Positions 1 through 8,976 of a DNA stretch of 64,000 nucleotides are shown here, in pieces. The notes under the pieces are model-generated. The model had not been told where the DNA came from. It saw only the letters and a program-made list of their open reading frames with translations, and ran no database searches. The stretch's first letter is position 1. Every line of letters begins with the position of its first letter. This DNA is from Acidobacteria bacterium RIFCSPLOWO2_12_FULL_67_14b. Lineage in GTDB: Bacteria > Acidobacteriota > Vicinamibacteria > Vicinamibacterales > UBA2999. Location: positions 8,547 to 72,546 of the forward strand of contig MELE01000160.1 in assembly GCA_001768615.1 (NCBI GenBank). Direction: 5' to 3'. The position numbers and the translations under genes are program-made.

Positions 1-3
1 GCC

Positions 4-843
4 ATGCCGCGCCTCGCCCGTGCCTTTCTGATCGCGCTCGTGCTTGCGGCCACCGCCGCCTCGGCCCAGGAACAATGGGGCGGGTTCCGCGGCTACGGCT
101 ACGGCCGCGGCCGTTTTCCGCCGCGTCTGCCCAACGCCAGGAGCTTCGACGGCGGGTTCAACTTCTGCCGGTTGATGTACACGAGCGTGCGCCGCGAGCA
201 AGGCGGGTCGGGCTGGACCACGGACTATCCCGACGCCGACATCAACTTCTCGATCCGGCTGTCCGAGCTCACCAAGACGACGATCAGCAGGCAGCCCGGG
301 GGCGATCCCAACCACCTGACGATCCGGCTGAACGATCCGGCGATGTTCCAGTGCCCGTTCCTGAGCGCGACCGACATCGGCACGGCGCAGTTCGACGAGG
401 CCGAGGTCGTTGCGCTGCGCGCCTACCTGGAGAAGGGCGGCTTCCTCTGGGTCGACGACTTCTGGGGGCCGTATGCCTGGGAGGCGTGGGTCGAGCAGAT
501 CGGCAAGGTGCTGCCGCCGGGCCAGTACCCGATTCAGGATCTCGATCGGGACCATCCGATCTACCGGACGCTGTTCGAGGTCGCGGAGCTGCCGCAGATC
601 CCGTCGATCAGTTTCTGGCGACAGACCGGCGGGCAGACCTCAGAGCGCGGCGAGATCAGCGCCGAGCCGCACTTCCGCGGCATCAGCGATGCACACGGCC
701 GGCTGATGGTGGTGATGACGCACAACACCGACATTTCGGACGCGTGGGAGCGCGAAGGGGAGGACCCGCAGTTCTTCTTCAGCTTCTCGCCGAATGGCTA
801 TGCGGTGGGGCTGGATGTCGTGCTGTATGGGATGACGCACTAG
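4..843 (+). CDS. DUF4159-like exported protein
   Basis: ATG at 4 and an N-terminal signal peptide (LIALVLAATAASAQ). The ORF is full length with ordinary composition. DUF4159 assignment is from remembered similarity. Confidence 0.6.
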   Translation: MPRLARAFLIALVLAATAASAQEQWGGFRGYGYGRGRFPPRLPNARSFDGGFNFCRLMYTSVRREQGGSGWTTDYPDADINFSIRLSELTKTTISRQPGGDPNHLTIRLNDPAMFQCPFLSATDIGTAQFDEAEVVALRAYLEKGGFLWVDDFWGPYAWEAWVEQIGKVLPPGQYPIQDLDRDHPIYRTLFEVAELPQIPSISFWRQTGGQTSERGEISAEPHFRGISDAHGRLMVVMTHNTDISDAWEREGEDPQFFFSFSPNGYAVGLDVVLYGMTH

Positions 844-870
844 CGAATCCGAACGCGTCCGGCGACATCA

Positions 871-2076
871 CTACTCCTGCGGTTTGAGCGCACCGCGAAG
901 CTTGTCGGCAAGCGATCCGAACCCCTCAGCCGGCGCCTGACTGCGTTCCTGGTACTCGCGCAATTCCTCGACCTCTTGCGCGTCCCCGGATGACGGCGGC
1001 GCTGCGCCGACCGCCCGCGCCGAACCCTCCTGAACGGGTGCGACACCGATCCGCCTCTTCTCAGGATCGATGCTCAGGATCTCGAATGCCCCCGTCATGT
1101 TCAAGGCGACCGACCGCGACCACCCCTGCGACCGTCCCGCCGACGCGAACGTGGAGGCGTGCGCCAACCCTTCGACGCCCGGTTCCAACTCGACGAACGC
1201 CCCGAACTCCGTGACGCGCGTGACGCGGCCGGTATGCACCTGGCCCACCTCGTAGGTCGACTGGACCGTCGCCCACGGATCGGCGGCGAGCTGCTTCAAT
1301 CCGAGGGCGATCCTCCCGGTGTCGGCGTCGACGCGCAAGACCTGGACGGTGATCTCCTCGCCGGGCGTGACGACCTGCGACGGGTCCAACCCGCGGGACC
1401 ACCCCATCTCGGACACGTGCAGCAGGCCCTGCACGCCGGCCCCCAGGTCGACGAAAGCGCCGAACTCGCGCACCGAGGCGATGCGCCCGGTCAGCACTGC
1501 GCCGGCGACGACCGTTCTTCGGATCTCGACGGCACTCGCCCGCTGCTCCTCCTCGAGCAGCGCGCGCCGCGACACGACGAGGTTCCTGCCGACGTCCTTG
1601 TACTCGATGATGCGGAAGGCGTAGACGCGCCCTTCGTGTTCCGCCGAATCGCGGCTCCGGGCGAGGTCGATCTGGGACATCGGGCAGAAGGCGCGCTGGC
1701 GGGCGATGCGCACCTCATATCCACCCTTCACCGCCCGTTCGACCTTACCCTCCACCGGAAGGCCGGCCTGAAACGCGTCTGCGAGCTGCCGCTCGGTCGC
1801 CGCCCCGCGCGCCAGCTTCCGCGAGAGTGTCAGCCCCCCGTCGGTCGAGACCACCACCGCCTGGATGCGGTCGCCGATGGCGACTTCGACCACGCCGTCG
1901 GGGTCCTTCAGCTCCTCGATCTCGATCAGGGCCTCGCCCTTGCCGCCGACGTTGACCAGCGCCACTTCCGGGCCGATCGCGACAATCGTGCCCTCGATGG
2001 TCTGACCTCTCTTGAAGCGCTTCGCTTGAAACGACGCCTCGAACATCGCAGCAAAATCTTCCTCGGGCTCACTCAC
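871..2076 (-). CDS. S1 RNA-binding domain protein (about four S1 repeats, charged C-terminal tail)
   Basis: Repeated S1-type segments (G.IVEG.V, GAFVDLG/GAFVELE, GLLHVSE/GLAHAS). GTG start at 2076 with a GGAG 7 nt upstream. Confidence 0.8.
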   Translation of the reverse strand: MSEPEEDFAAMFEASFQAKRFKRGQTIEGTIVAIGPEVALVNVGGKGEALIEIEELKDPDGVVEVAIGDRIQAVVVSTDGGLTLSRKLARGAATERQLADAFQAGLPVEGKVERAVKGGYEVRIARQRAFCPMSQIDLARSRDSAEHEGRVYAFRIIEYKDVGRNLVVSRRALLEEEQRASAVEIRRTVVAGAVLTGRIASVREFGAFVDLGAGVQGLLHVSEMGWSRGLDPSQVVTPGEEITVQVLRVDADTGRIALGLKQLAADPWATVQSTYEVGQVHTGRVTRVTEFGAFVELEPGVEGLAHASTFASAGRSQGWSRSVALNMTGAFEILSIDPEKRRIGVAPVQEGSARAVGAAPPSSGDAQEVEELREYQERSQAPAEGFGSLADKLRGALKPQE

Positions 2077-2246
2077 GGACGCGCTCCTCTCGGATTCACA
2101 CCGTCGCCTGTCGCTATCGCGAGGACAGCGTGCTTCATTGGGCCTCCTTTGCGTCTGCGACTTCGGGGTGTCGGGCCTGTGTTGGTTTGTATCTTGAAAG
2201 AATTCTCTGTGTCTGTGTCTCTGTGGCGCATCTGTTCTCCGTGGTC

Positions 2247-2888
2247 TCAGTGGACGGTGCCAGCATCGCCCACGGTCCTCTTCGACAACGCCTTCATCTC
2301 CAGCAGCTCGACCATCGACCGGCAGCGCGCGAGCGGGCCCTTGCGTTCGAGCAGGGCCAGCTTCTCGAGGGGATCGAACTCCAGGTACTGCGCGAGCGCA
2401 TTCACCAGATCCTCGTCCGGCATCGTCTTCGGCAGGCGATGCTCGGCGGGGGCGCCGTCGAAGAGCGGCGCCACCATCGACTCCAGGCGCCGCCGCTCGT
2501 TCGCCAGGGCCTCACGCTCGTGGCCGGGGACCGCTTCGTCCACCATGGTTACGAGCCCGCGGCGATAGAGCCGGTCCGTCGCCGGATCCTCCTCGCCGTG
2601 GACGATGAACTTCTCGAGCCCCCGCAGGATCAGGTTGTACCGCCCATCGTCGGCGCGCTCGACATGGGTAATGAGGCCGGCGCATCCCGTGCCGTAGATC
2701 GGCGGCCGTCCTTCGTAGTCGTTCTCGAAGCCCGGCTTGAGCAACACCATGCCGATGATCCGATCGTCGGACAGGGCATCGGCCACCATCTGGCGATACC
2801 GGGACTCGAAAATGTGCAGTGGCAGAAAGACGTTCGGAAAGAGAACGACGCTCGGCAGCGGAAAGATGGGAATCGACGATGGGAACAT
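2247..2888 (-). CDS. Stand-alone Lon N-terminal (LON substrate-binding) domain protein
   Basis: N-terminus IPIFPLPSVVLFPNVFLPLHIFESRYRQM is the typical start of a Lon N-domain. No ATPase or protease module at 213 aa. Confidence 0.75.
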   Translation of the reverse strand: MFPSSIPIFPLPSVVLFPNVFLPLHIFESRYRQMVADALSDDRIIGMVLLKPGFENDYEGRPPIYGTGCAGLITHVERADDGRYNLILRGLEKFIVHGEEDPATDRLYRRGLVTMVDEAVPGHEREALANERRRLESMVAPLFDGAPAEHRLPKTMPDEDLVNALAQYLEFDPLEKLALLERKGPLARCRSMVELLEMKALSKRTVGDAGTVH

Positions 2889-2899
2889 TGCGCATTTAT

Positions 2900-2922
2900 G
2901 GAGCCCGGAGCCCGGAGCCCGG
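2900..2922. repeat. Tandem heptamer array (GGAGCCC)x3
   Basis: Read directly. Fills most of the 40-nt gap between the vWA stop (2929) and the LonN start (2888). Confidence 0.85.
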
Positions 2923-2928
2923 CAAGTA

Positions 2929-4242
2929 TCAGTGAATGGTTTTGGTCTTCTTGTCCATGTAATCCATCAGGACGTACTCCCCGAGCGTGTACGGGGTCGT
3001 GAAGTACGCCTTGCCGCGGCACATCGCCGCCACGCGGCGGACGAAGGCCACCAGGTCGTAGTCGCGGGCGAGCATGAAGGTGTTGATCATGATCCCCGCC
3101 TTGGCGCAGGCCGACACTTCGGCCAGCGTCTCGCCGATCACGAACGGGTCGAGGCCGAATGGATTCTTGTAGATGCGGCCGTCGGGCTGGGTCAGCGCCG
3201 ACGGCTTGCCGTCGGTGATCATCACGATCTGCCGCATGTCCTTGCGCTGCCGCTCGAGGATGCGGCGGGCCACGCGCAGGCCTTCGCGCGTATTCGTATA
3301 GTACGGGCCGACGCGGACGCGGCCCAGCTCGCGGAGCGGGATCTCTTCGGCGCTGTCGTGGAACAGCACCGCGTGCAGGGTGTCGCCAGGGTACTGCGTG
3401 CGGATCAGGTGCGAGAGCGCCATGGCCACGCGCTTGGCCGGCGTGAAGCGGTCTTCGCCGTAGAGGATCATGCTGTGACTGCAGTCGAGCATCAGCACCG
3501 TTGCGCACGAGCTCTGGTACTCGCCCTGCGCGACCATCAGGTCGGGATAGTCGATGTCGATCCCACCATCCGGGCGGGTCTGAAGACCCGCCCCTACCAC
3601 ATCATGTGGGTCCGATCCTTTCGGTTCGGCCGCGGTCCGCTGCACGGCGTTGAGGATGGTGGCCGTGGCGTCGATGTTCAACGTGTCGCCGAACTCGTAC
3701 GGTTTCGGCGCGCCGCTGGCCTCGATGCCGGTGGAGAGGTCCCGAGTGTCGTGGCGGCCCGCGCTGCTGTGCCCGGACGACCCGAGCAGGTCGCGCAGCG
3801 CGCGATAGCCGAGAAAGTCCAGCGCCTTGTCGGTGACCTCGAACTTCACTTGCCCCGGTTCGCCGTCGCCGCCGCCACCCTGCGCGCGCCGCGCCTTTTC
3901 GCCTTCGAGGTCCGGCGGCGTGGTGATATAGCCGGACTCTTTCATGCGCTCGATGATCTGCTGGATCAACTGCTCGAGCTGATCGCGCATCTGTTGTTCG
4001 CTACCCTCGGCCTGATCGCCGAACAACTTCTCGAGCAGATCTTCCGGCAGCACGCCGCCGTTGAACAACGCCTCGAGAATGGCGTCGTGCAGCGCCTGCA
4101 TGGTGCGGTCGCTGTCGTCGCCGGTGTCGCGCGGGTTCCCGAAGCCGCTCGACAGCAGCAGGTCCGACAGCTTCGACATGAGGTCGTCCATGTCGAGCTC
4201 GTCGAGCAGGTTGGGCACGTATTTCGTGTATTTGTATTTCAT
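2929..4242 (-). CDS. von Willebrand factor A (vWA) domain protein with long N-terminal extension
   Basis: MIDAS motif in [10 protein letters not shown] followed by ITDGKPSAL. Partner of the upstream AAA+ gene. Carries an in-frame REP hairpin at 3572-3593. Confidence 0.8.
   Translation of the reverse strand: MKYKYTKYVPNLLDELDMDDLMSKLSDLLLSSGFGNPRDTGDDSDRTMQALHDAILEALFNGGVLPEDLLEKLFGDQAEGSEQQMRDQLEQLIQQIIERMKESGYITTPPDLEGEKARRAQGGGGDGEPGQVKFEVTDKALDFLGYRALRDLLGSSGHSSAGRHDTRDLSTGIEASGAPKPYEFGDTLNIDATATILNAVQRTAAEPKGSDPHDVVGAGLQTRPDGGIDIDYPDLMVAQGEYQSSCATVLMLDCSHSMILYGEDRFTPAKRVAMALSHLIRTQYPGDTLHAVLFHDSAEEIPLRELGRVRVGPYYTNTREGLRVARRILERQRKDMRQIVMITDGKPSALTQPDGRIYKNPFGLDPFVIGETLAEVSACAKAGIMINTFMLARDYDLVAFVRRVAAMCRGKAYFTTPYTLGEYVLMDYMDKKTKTIH
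3572..3593. repeat. REP-like hairpin GGGCGGGTC-TGAA-GACCCGCCC inside the vWA CDS
   Basis: Perfect 9-bp stem and tetraloop. In frame, encoding GAGLQTRPD on the minus strand. Confidence 0.85.
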
Positions 4243-4250
4243 TGGTGTCA

Positions 4251-4309
4251 GCTACGGCTAAAGCCGTCGCTCTCCGAACGTTCGGAGGGCGATGGCTTCA
4301 GCCATCGCC
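4251..4309. repeat. Three consecutive palindromic hairpins in the AAA+/vWA intercistronic gap
   Basis: GCTACGGC-TAAA-GCCGTCGC (4251-4270), CTCCGAACGTTCGGAG (4272-4287) and GGCGATGGC-TTCA-GCCATCGCC (4288-4309). Confidence 0.85.
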
Positions 4310-4314
4310 TGAGA

Positions 4315-5838
4315 CTAGTTGTAATACTTCTTCTTCCGCCCACCGCCGCCTTCGTTCTCGTCCTCGTCGTCCGGTGTCAGGACGGGGGTGCGCGACGGTG
4401 GCGGCTGGGGCCGACGCACCGGCTCGGCGCCGTGGTAGCCGCGGTCGTCGCTCCGGCTGATCTTCTTCTGCGAATACAGCCCTTCCAGCACGAAGTCGAC
4501 GCCGGCCGCCAGCAGCGGGACCGGCGCGTCGGGCGCAATGCCCGCGCGCGACGCCAGTTCGACCAGGCCCTGCACGCGCCGCGCCTGTTCGACCAGCGAC
4601 TGGGCGGACGTCGTGTCCGACAGGCTGAGCGATCCGCCGAGGTCGAACCACTCGATCGCCGTCTTGAGGTCGGCGTCGGCGAAGTAGCCGTCGAACACCG
4701 TCGAAACCGCCGCGCGGACCAGATCGCGGGCCACCTGGTCGGCCCCCTTCAGCTCGCCTTCGTACTCGAGCTCGAACTTGCCCGTCATCGACGGCAGGGC
4801 GGCGTAGACGTCCGTGATCCGCGTCCCGACCACCGTTTCGCCGGCGGCGAGGGCGCGCCGCTCGGCGTTCGACACCGCGGTCTCGAGCACGCTGATCGGC
4901 ATGCGCTGGCTCACGCCCGATCGCTTGTCGACCTTGCGTTCGACGCGGGCCTGGAACGCGACCTCTTCGACCACTTCGCGGACGAACCGCGGCACCTCGA
5001 TCGCCCCGCCGCGGTTGACCCAGGCTTCCTGCGACGTGATCGCGATGGCATCCGACCGGCTGCTCATGTAGTGCGTGCGGATCTCCGCGCCGATGCGGTC
5101 CTTGAGCGGCGTGATGATCTTGCCGCGCGCCGTGTAGTCTTCCGGGTTCGCCGTGAAGACGATCATCACGTCGAGCGGCAGGCGGACGGGGTAGCCCTTG
5201 ATCTGGACGTCGCCCTCCTGGAGGATGTTGAAGAGGCCGACCTGGATCTTGCCGGCCAGGTCGGGCAGCTCGTTGATGGCGAAGATGCCGCGATTGGACC
5301 GCGGCAGCAGCCCGAAGTGCATCGACAGCTCGTTGCCGAGCTGCAGGCCGCCCTTCGCCGCCTTGATCGGATCGATGTCGCCGATCATGTCGGCAATCGT
5401 CACGTCCGGTGTCGCCAGCTTCTCGACGTAGCGCGCCTCGCGCGGACGCCACCGGATCGGCATCTGATCGCCTTCGGCCCTCACGCGCGCCTGGCCGAAC
5501 GCCGACAGCGGGGCGATCGGGTCGTCGTTGATCTCGCTGTCGGGCACCACCGGGATCCATTCGTCGAGCAGCGTCGTCAAGGCGCGGAGCAGGCGCGTCT
5601 TGGCCTGGCCGCGCAGCCCCAGCAGGATGAAGTGGTGGCGCGCGAGCACCGCGTTGACCAGTTGCGGCACGACCGTGTCGTCGTAGCCGATGATGCCGGG
5701 GAAGAGCGGGGCTTTCCGCCGCAGGCGCTCCGACAGGTTCTCGCGGACCTCATCGCGCACCGGCCGGCGGCGCACCTCGCCTCGCGCGATGGCCGCTTTC
5801 AGTTGTCCGAGGGTGTCAATGCGGGGCGAAGACGACAT
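4315..5838 (-). CDS. AAA+ ATPase, ChlI/MoxR-like (often auto-annotated magnesium chelatase or sigma-54 interaction domain)
   Basis: Walker A-like GLRGQAKT and Walker B-like IFAINELPDL. 507 aa with a basic/acidic tail. Sits directly upstream of the vWA gene on the same strand. Confidence 0.75.
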   Translation of the reverse strand: MSSSPRIDTLGQLKAAIARGEVRRRPVRDEVRENLSERLRRKAPLFPGIIGYDDTVVPQLVNAVLARHHFILLGLRGQAKTRLLRALTTLLDEWIPVVPDSEINDDPIAPLSAFGQARVRAEGDQMPIRWRPREARYVEKLATPDVTIADMIGDIDPIKAAKGGLQLGNELSMHFGLLPRSNRGIFAINELPDLAGKIQVGLFNILQEGDVQIKGYPVRLPLDVMIVFTANPEDYTARGKIITPLKDRIGAEIRTHYMSSRSDAIAITSQEAWVNRGGAIEVPRFVREVVEEVAFQARVERKVDKRSGVSQRMPISVLETAVSNAERRALAAGETVVGTRITDVYAALPSMTGKFELEYEGELKGADQVARDLVRAAVSTVFDGYFADADLKTAIEWFDLGGSLSLSDTTSAQSLVEQARRVQGLVELASRAGIAPDAPVPLLAAGVDFVLEGLYSQKKISRSDDRGYHGAEPVRRPQPPPSRTPVLTPDDEDENEGGGGRKKKYYN

Positions 5839-5847
5839 ATCCCTCTA

Positions 5848-6603
5848 TTATGACTCGCCGGGCGTCCGCCGGAGCGGCGGCAACTCGTAGGACACGCCCT
5901 TTCGCAGCACCGCGTTCTCGGTTTGCGCGGCGATGGGGTACACCGTGCGCAATCCGTTCGGCGTCTGACGATCGAACGGTTCGCCCAGCGTGAACCACCC
6001 ATCCGGCGTGATCACGAACGTGCCCTTGTTCCAGCCCGGCTTGCGCCGCGAGGCGACGATCACGAAATCGGCATCCGCCAGTCCGGCCCAGTTGCCTTTG
6101 TATCGCCGGTCCGGCTCGTCGACGCCCTCCGCCTCGAGCCGCGCCCGGCGCGCCGATCCCTCGCGCGCCGAGCGGCGCGTGCTTCGAATCAGCCAGTCGG
6201 CGCCGGAAAGCAGGGGATCGCCGTGCGGTTGCTCGATCCACCACGACACCACGCGCAACCAGCCGCTGACGACGAGGTAGAGCGAGAACAATCCCAGCGG
6301 CGTGAAGAACGCAAACGTCACCGGCGCGGTCATCCAGATGGCGGCGGGCACGGCACTCACCGCCGCGGTTTCCGGCAACGCGCCCGAAACCTGAAGTTGG
6401 GCGACCTCCAGAATGGACGCGGCGGGAGAGCCCCTGAGCCGTTCGAGGTACGCGAAGAAGCCGGTGATGCCGAGGGCCGAGCCGGCGAGCGCCGTGAGCA
6501 CTCCCGAAACCGGTGCCAGGGTGTGGATCGGCAGGAAGTCGAACCGCGGCCAGTACCGCTTCGGCAGCATCGCCACCCCGATGGCGCCGAGGGTATCGAA
6601 CAT
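5848..6603 (-). CDS. Hypothetical integral membrane protein (first gene of the AAA+/vWA operon)
   Basis: Only the C-terminal 251 codons of track ORF 5848..7521 are credible, from the ATG at 6603 (MFDTLGAIGV...). Several hydrophobic helices. The upstream part is antisense to a clear GDPD gene. Stop lies 10 nt from the AAA+ start. Confidence 0.5.
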   Translation of the reverse strand: MFDTLGAIGVAMLPKRYWPRFDFLPIHTLAPVSGVLTALAGSALGITGFFAYLERLRGSPAASILEVAQLQVSGALPETAAVSAVPAAIWMTAPVTFAFFTPLGLFSLYLVVSGWLRVVSWWIEQPHGDPLLSGADWLIRSTRRSAREGSARRARLEAEGVDEPDRRYKGNWAGLADADFVIVASRRKPGWNKGTFVITPDGWFTLGEPFDRQTPNGLRTVYPIAAQTENAVLRKGVSYELPPLRRTPGES

Positions 6604-6624
6604 GCGCACGAACCGCAGTATACG

Positions 6625-6686
6625 GTGGCGACAAACCTTTAGGTGTGTCGAGGTCGCGTGGCGACAAACCTTTAGGTTTGTCGAGG
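6625..6686. repeat. Direct duplication (33-bp period) of GTGGCGACAAACC-TTTA-GGTKTGTCGAGG hairpin element
   Basis: Two copies (6625-6653 and 6658-6686) lie in the divergent promoter region. The same GACAAACCTTTAGGTTTGTC core recurs at 58113. Confidence 0.9.
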
Positions 6687-6705
6687 CCCGTGCGAACATG
6701 GCACG

Positions 6706-7509
6706 GTGCTTCCCCCGGTGTTCCGGTCGCCGCGCCCGCTCGTCTTCGCGCATCGCGGCGGCGCGCGGCTCGCTCCCGAAAACACGATCCCGGCCTTCGA
6801 CAAAGGTATGTCGTTCGGCGCCGACGGCCTCGAGATTGACGTCCAGTTGTCCGCCGACGGCCTGGCCGTGGTGATCCACGACAAGACGCTCGAGCGGACC
6901 ACGGATCGCACCGGACCGGTGCACGCGCTGACCGCGGCCGAACTGTCGCGCGTCGATGCCGGCTATCGGTTCGAGCGCGACGGTGTGTTTCCATTCCGGG
7001 GCCAGGGCATCGGCATTACCACGCTCGACGTCGTGCTCGCGCGCTATCCGGCCGCCCGCGTGATCATCGAGATGAAGGGCGCCGAGCCCGAACTGGCCCG
7101 CGTGGTGGCGCGTGAAGTGCGCCGGGCCAGCGCGGTCGATCGCGTGTGCGTCGGCTCGTTCTACCCATCGTCGATCCTCGCCCTGCGAGCGGAGGCGCCC
7201 GACATCGTGACGAGCGCGTCGCAACCCGAGGCGCGCTGGACGTTGCATCGCTCGTGGGTACGCTGGCCGTGGATCGGCCCCCGCCCCTATGTGGCGTTCC
7301 AGGTTCCCGAATATGCGGGGCGCATGCGCGTCGTCTCGCCGGCGTTCGTGCGCCAGGTGCATCGCGAAGGGCAAGTGCTCCAGGTGTGGGTCGTCAACGA
7401 CCCGGCCGACGTGATCCGCCTGCTCGACTGGGGCGTCGACGGGGTGATTTCCGATCGCCCCGACATCGCCGTGCCGGTCAACGCCGCGTGGTATAAGAAA
7501 CGCCAATGA
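6706..7509 (+). CDS. Glycerophosphodiester phosphodiesterase (GDPD family)
   Basis: FAHRGG...ENT..AF......GADGLE.DV..S.DG..VV.HD is the canonical GDPD N-terminal signature. GTG start. Confidence 0.85.
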   Translation: MLPPVFRSPRPLVFAHRGGARLAPENTIPAFDKGMSFGADGLEIDVQLSADGLAVVIHDKTLERTTDRTGPVHALTAAELSRVDAGYRFERDGVFPFRGQGIGITTLDVVLARYPAARVIIEMKGAEPELARVVAREVRRASAVDRVCVGSFYPSSILALRAEAPDIVTSASQPEARWTLHRSWVRWPWIGPRPYVAFQVPEYAGRMRVVSPAFVRQVHREGQVLQVWVVNDPADVIRLLDWGVDGVISDRPDIAVPVNAAWYKKRQ

Positions 7510-8462
7510 CCCCGCCGACACTGAACGACGTCTACGTGGCGCGCGAGCGCATTTTGCCGCACGTGCCGCGGACGGCGCTGTTGCGTCATCCGCTGCTGGA
7601 TGCGGCGAGCGGGCTGTCGATCTGGGTGAAGCACGAGAACCACAACCCGACGTGCGCGTTCAAGGTCCGCGGCGGGCTGAACCTGGTGGGCTCGCTCACC
7701 GGGGCCGAGCGCGCGCGGGGCATCATGACGGCCAGCACGGGCAACCACGGCCAGTCGATCGGGATGGCCGCGCGCCTGCACGGCGTCGCCTGCACGGTGT
7801 TCGTGCCGGCGGGCAACAACCCGGAGAAGAACGCCGCCATGCGCGCCTACGGCGCCACCGTCGAGGAGGGCGGCCGCGACTTCGACGAGGCGCGCGAGCG
7901 CTGCGAGCGGCGCGCCGACGACACCGGCGCGCGCTACGTGCACTCCGCCAACGAGCCGATGTTGATCGCCGGGGTCGGCACCTACGCGCTCGAGGTGTTC
8001 GAGCAGATTCCGGATCCTGACGTGATCTACGTCCCGGTCGGCGGCGGCTCCGGCGCCTGCGGATTGATCACCGTGCGCAACGCCCTCGGCTCCAAGGCCC
8101 GCATCGTCGGCGTCGGCGCGGTCAAGGCGGATGCGGTCTTCCGCTCCTGGAAAGGCCCCGAGCGCGTCGTCGGCGAGTCGGCGGACACGTTGGCCGAAGG
8201 CATTGCGACCCGGGTCACGTTCGACCTGACGTTCGGGTTGCTCAAGCAGCACCTGGACGACTTCATCCTGCTGACCGAAGACGAGCTGGCCGAGGGCGTG
8301 CGCGTGGCGCTTCGCACGACGCACAACCTGGCCGAGGGCGCCGGTGCGGCGGCGATTGCGGCGGCGATCAAGCAGAAGGACGACCTGGCCGGGAAGCGCG
8401 TCGTCTGCATCATGAGCGGCGGCAACCTGGACGCCGCGAAACTCACCCGGATCCTGCGTTGA
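7506..8462 (+). CDS. PLP-dependent threonine/serine dehydratase family enzyme (no ACT domain)
   Basis: The PLP-lysine motif (FKVRGG), STGNHGQ and a GGGSG loop are present. ATGA overlap with the GDPD stop. Confidence 0.8.
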   Translation: MTPPTLNDVYVARERILPHVPRTALLRHPLLDAASGLSIWVKHENHNPTCAFKVRGGLNLVGSLTGAERARGIMTASTGNHGQSIGMAARLHGVACTVFVPAGNNPEKNAAMRAYGATVEEGGRDFDEARERCERRADDTGARYVHSANEPMLIAGVGTYALEVFEQIPDPDVIYVPVGGGSGACGLITVRNALGSKARIVGVGAVKADAVFRSWKGPERVVGESADTLAEGIATRVTFDLTFGLLKQHLDDFILLTEDELAEGVRVALRTTHNLAEGAGAAAIAAAIKQKDDLAGKRVVCIMSGGNLDAAKLTRILR

Positions 8463-8553
8463 CCTCCTGATCAACCTGCAGATCTCGACGGGAATCACCG
8501 CCATCCAGTTTTCGTCGACTTTCTACTGGGTCACGTACGGCGCCATCTGGCTG

Positions 8554-8940
8554 GTGCCCGTTCTCGGCTTGTGGCTCGCGATTCGGGGCCGCCACCGGGC
8601 GCTTCTCGATGCCGCCCTGGCGATGGCGCTGGCCACGTTCATGTCCAACAAGCCGTACCTGCACGGCCAGCCCAACGCGTGGGATCCCATCGTGTTCGGC
8701 GTGTTCCTGATGGGCGGCGCGATCGGCGTGCGACGCTGGCTTGCGGCCGGCGCCGGCGGCAGTCGCGATGGGTTCACCGCGACGCGCGTGCTGGCCTCCG
8801 ACAAGGCCACAGTCGGCCTCGTCGGGATGGCGTCGGTCGCGCATCCGGGCGCAGCACCGGCGTCGCCCGCCAGCGCCCCTCCAGACACGATCGGCGGTGG
8901 CGGACGCTCGGGCGGCGCCGGCTCCAGCGGTTCCTTCTAA
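8554..8940 (+). CDS. Hypothetical small membrane protein (start uncertain, possibly a truncated remnant)
   Basis: Hydrophobic N-terminal half and a low-complexity G/A/P/S tail. The hydrophobic segment already begins upstream of the first canonical start (GTG 8554) in the same frame. Confidence 0.3.
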   Translation: MPVLGLWLAIRGRHRALLDAALAMALATFMSNKPYLHGQPNAWDPIVFGVFLMGGAIGVRRWLAAGAGGSRDGFTATRVLASDKATVGLVGMASVAHPGAAPASPASAPPDTIGGGGRSGGAGSSGSF

Positions 8941-8976
8941 CGGCGGTATAGTGGGCGCCGAAAGGGAGGAACGACG

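Noticed and set aside
2737-5853. 1038-aa plus-strand ORF spanning the vWA and AAA+ genes
   Set aside because: It is antisense to two genes with clear motifs. Its translation is Arg/Ala/Gly/His/Asp-rich low-complexity sequence typical of high-GC shadow frames, with no recognisable domain.
6604-7521. N-terminal 306 codons of track ORF 5848..7521
   Set aside because: This part is antisense to a canonical GDPD gene and contains the REP-like duplication. Only the portion from the ATG at 6603 has membrane-protein character.
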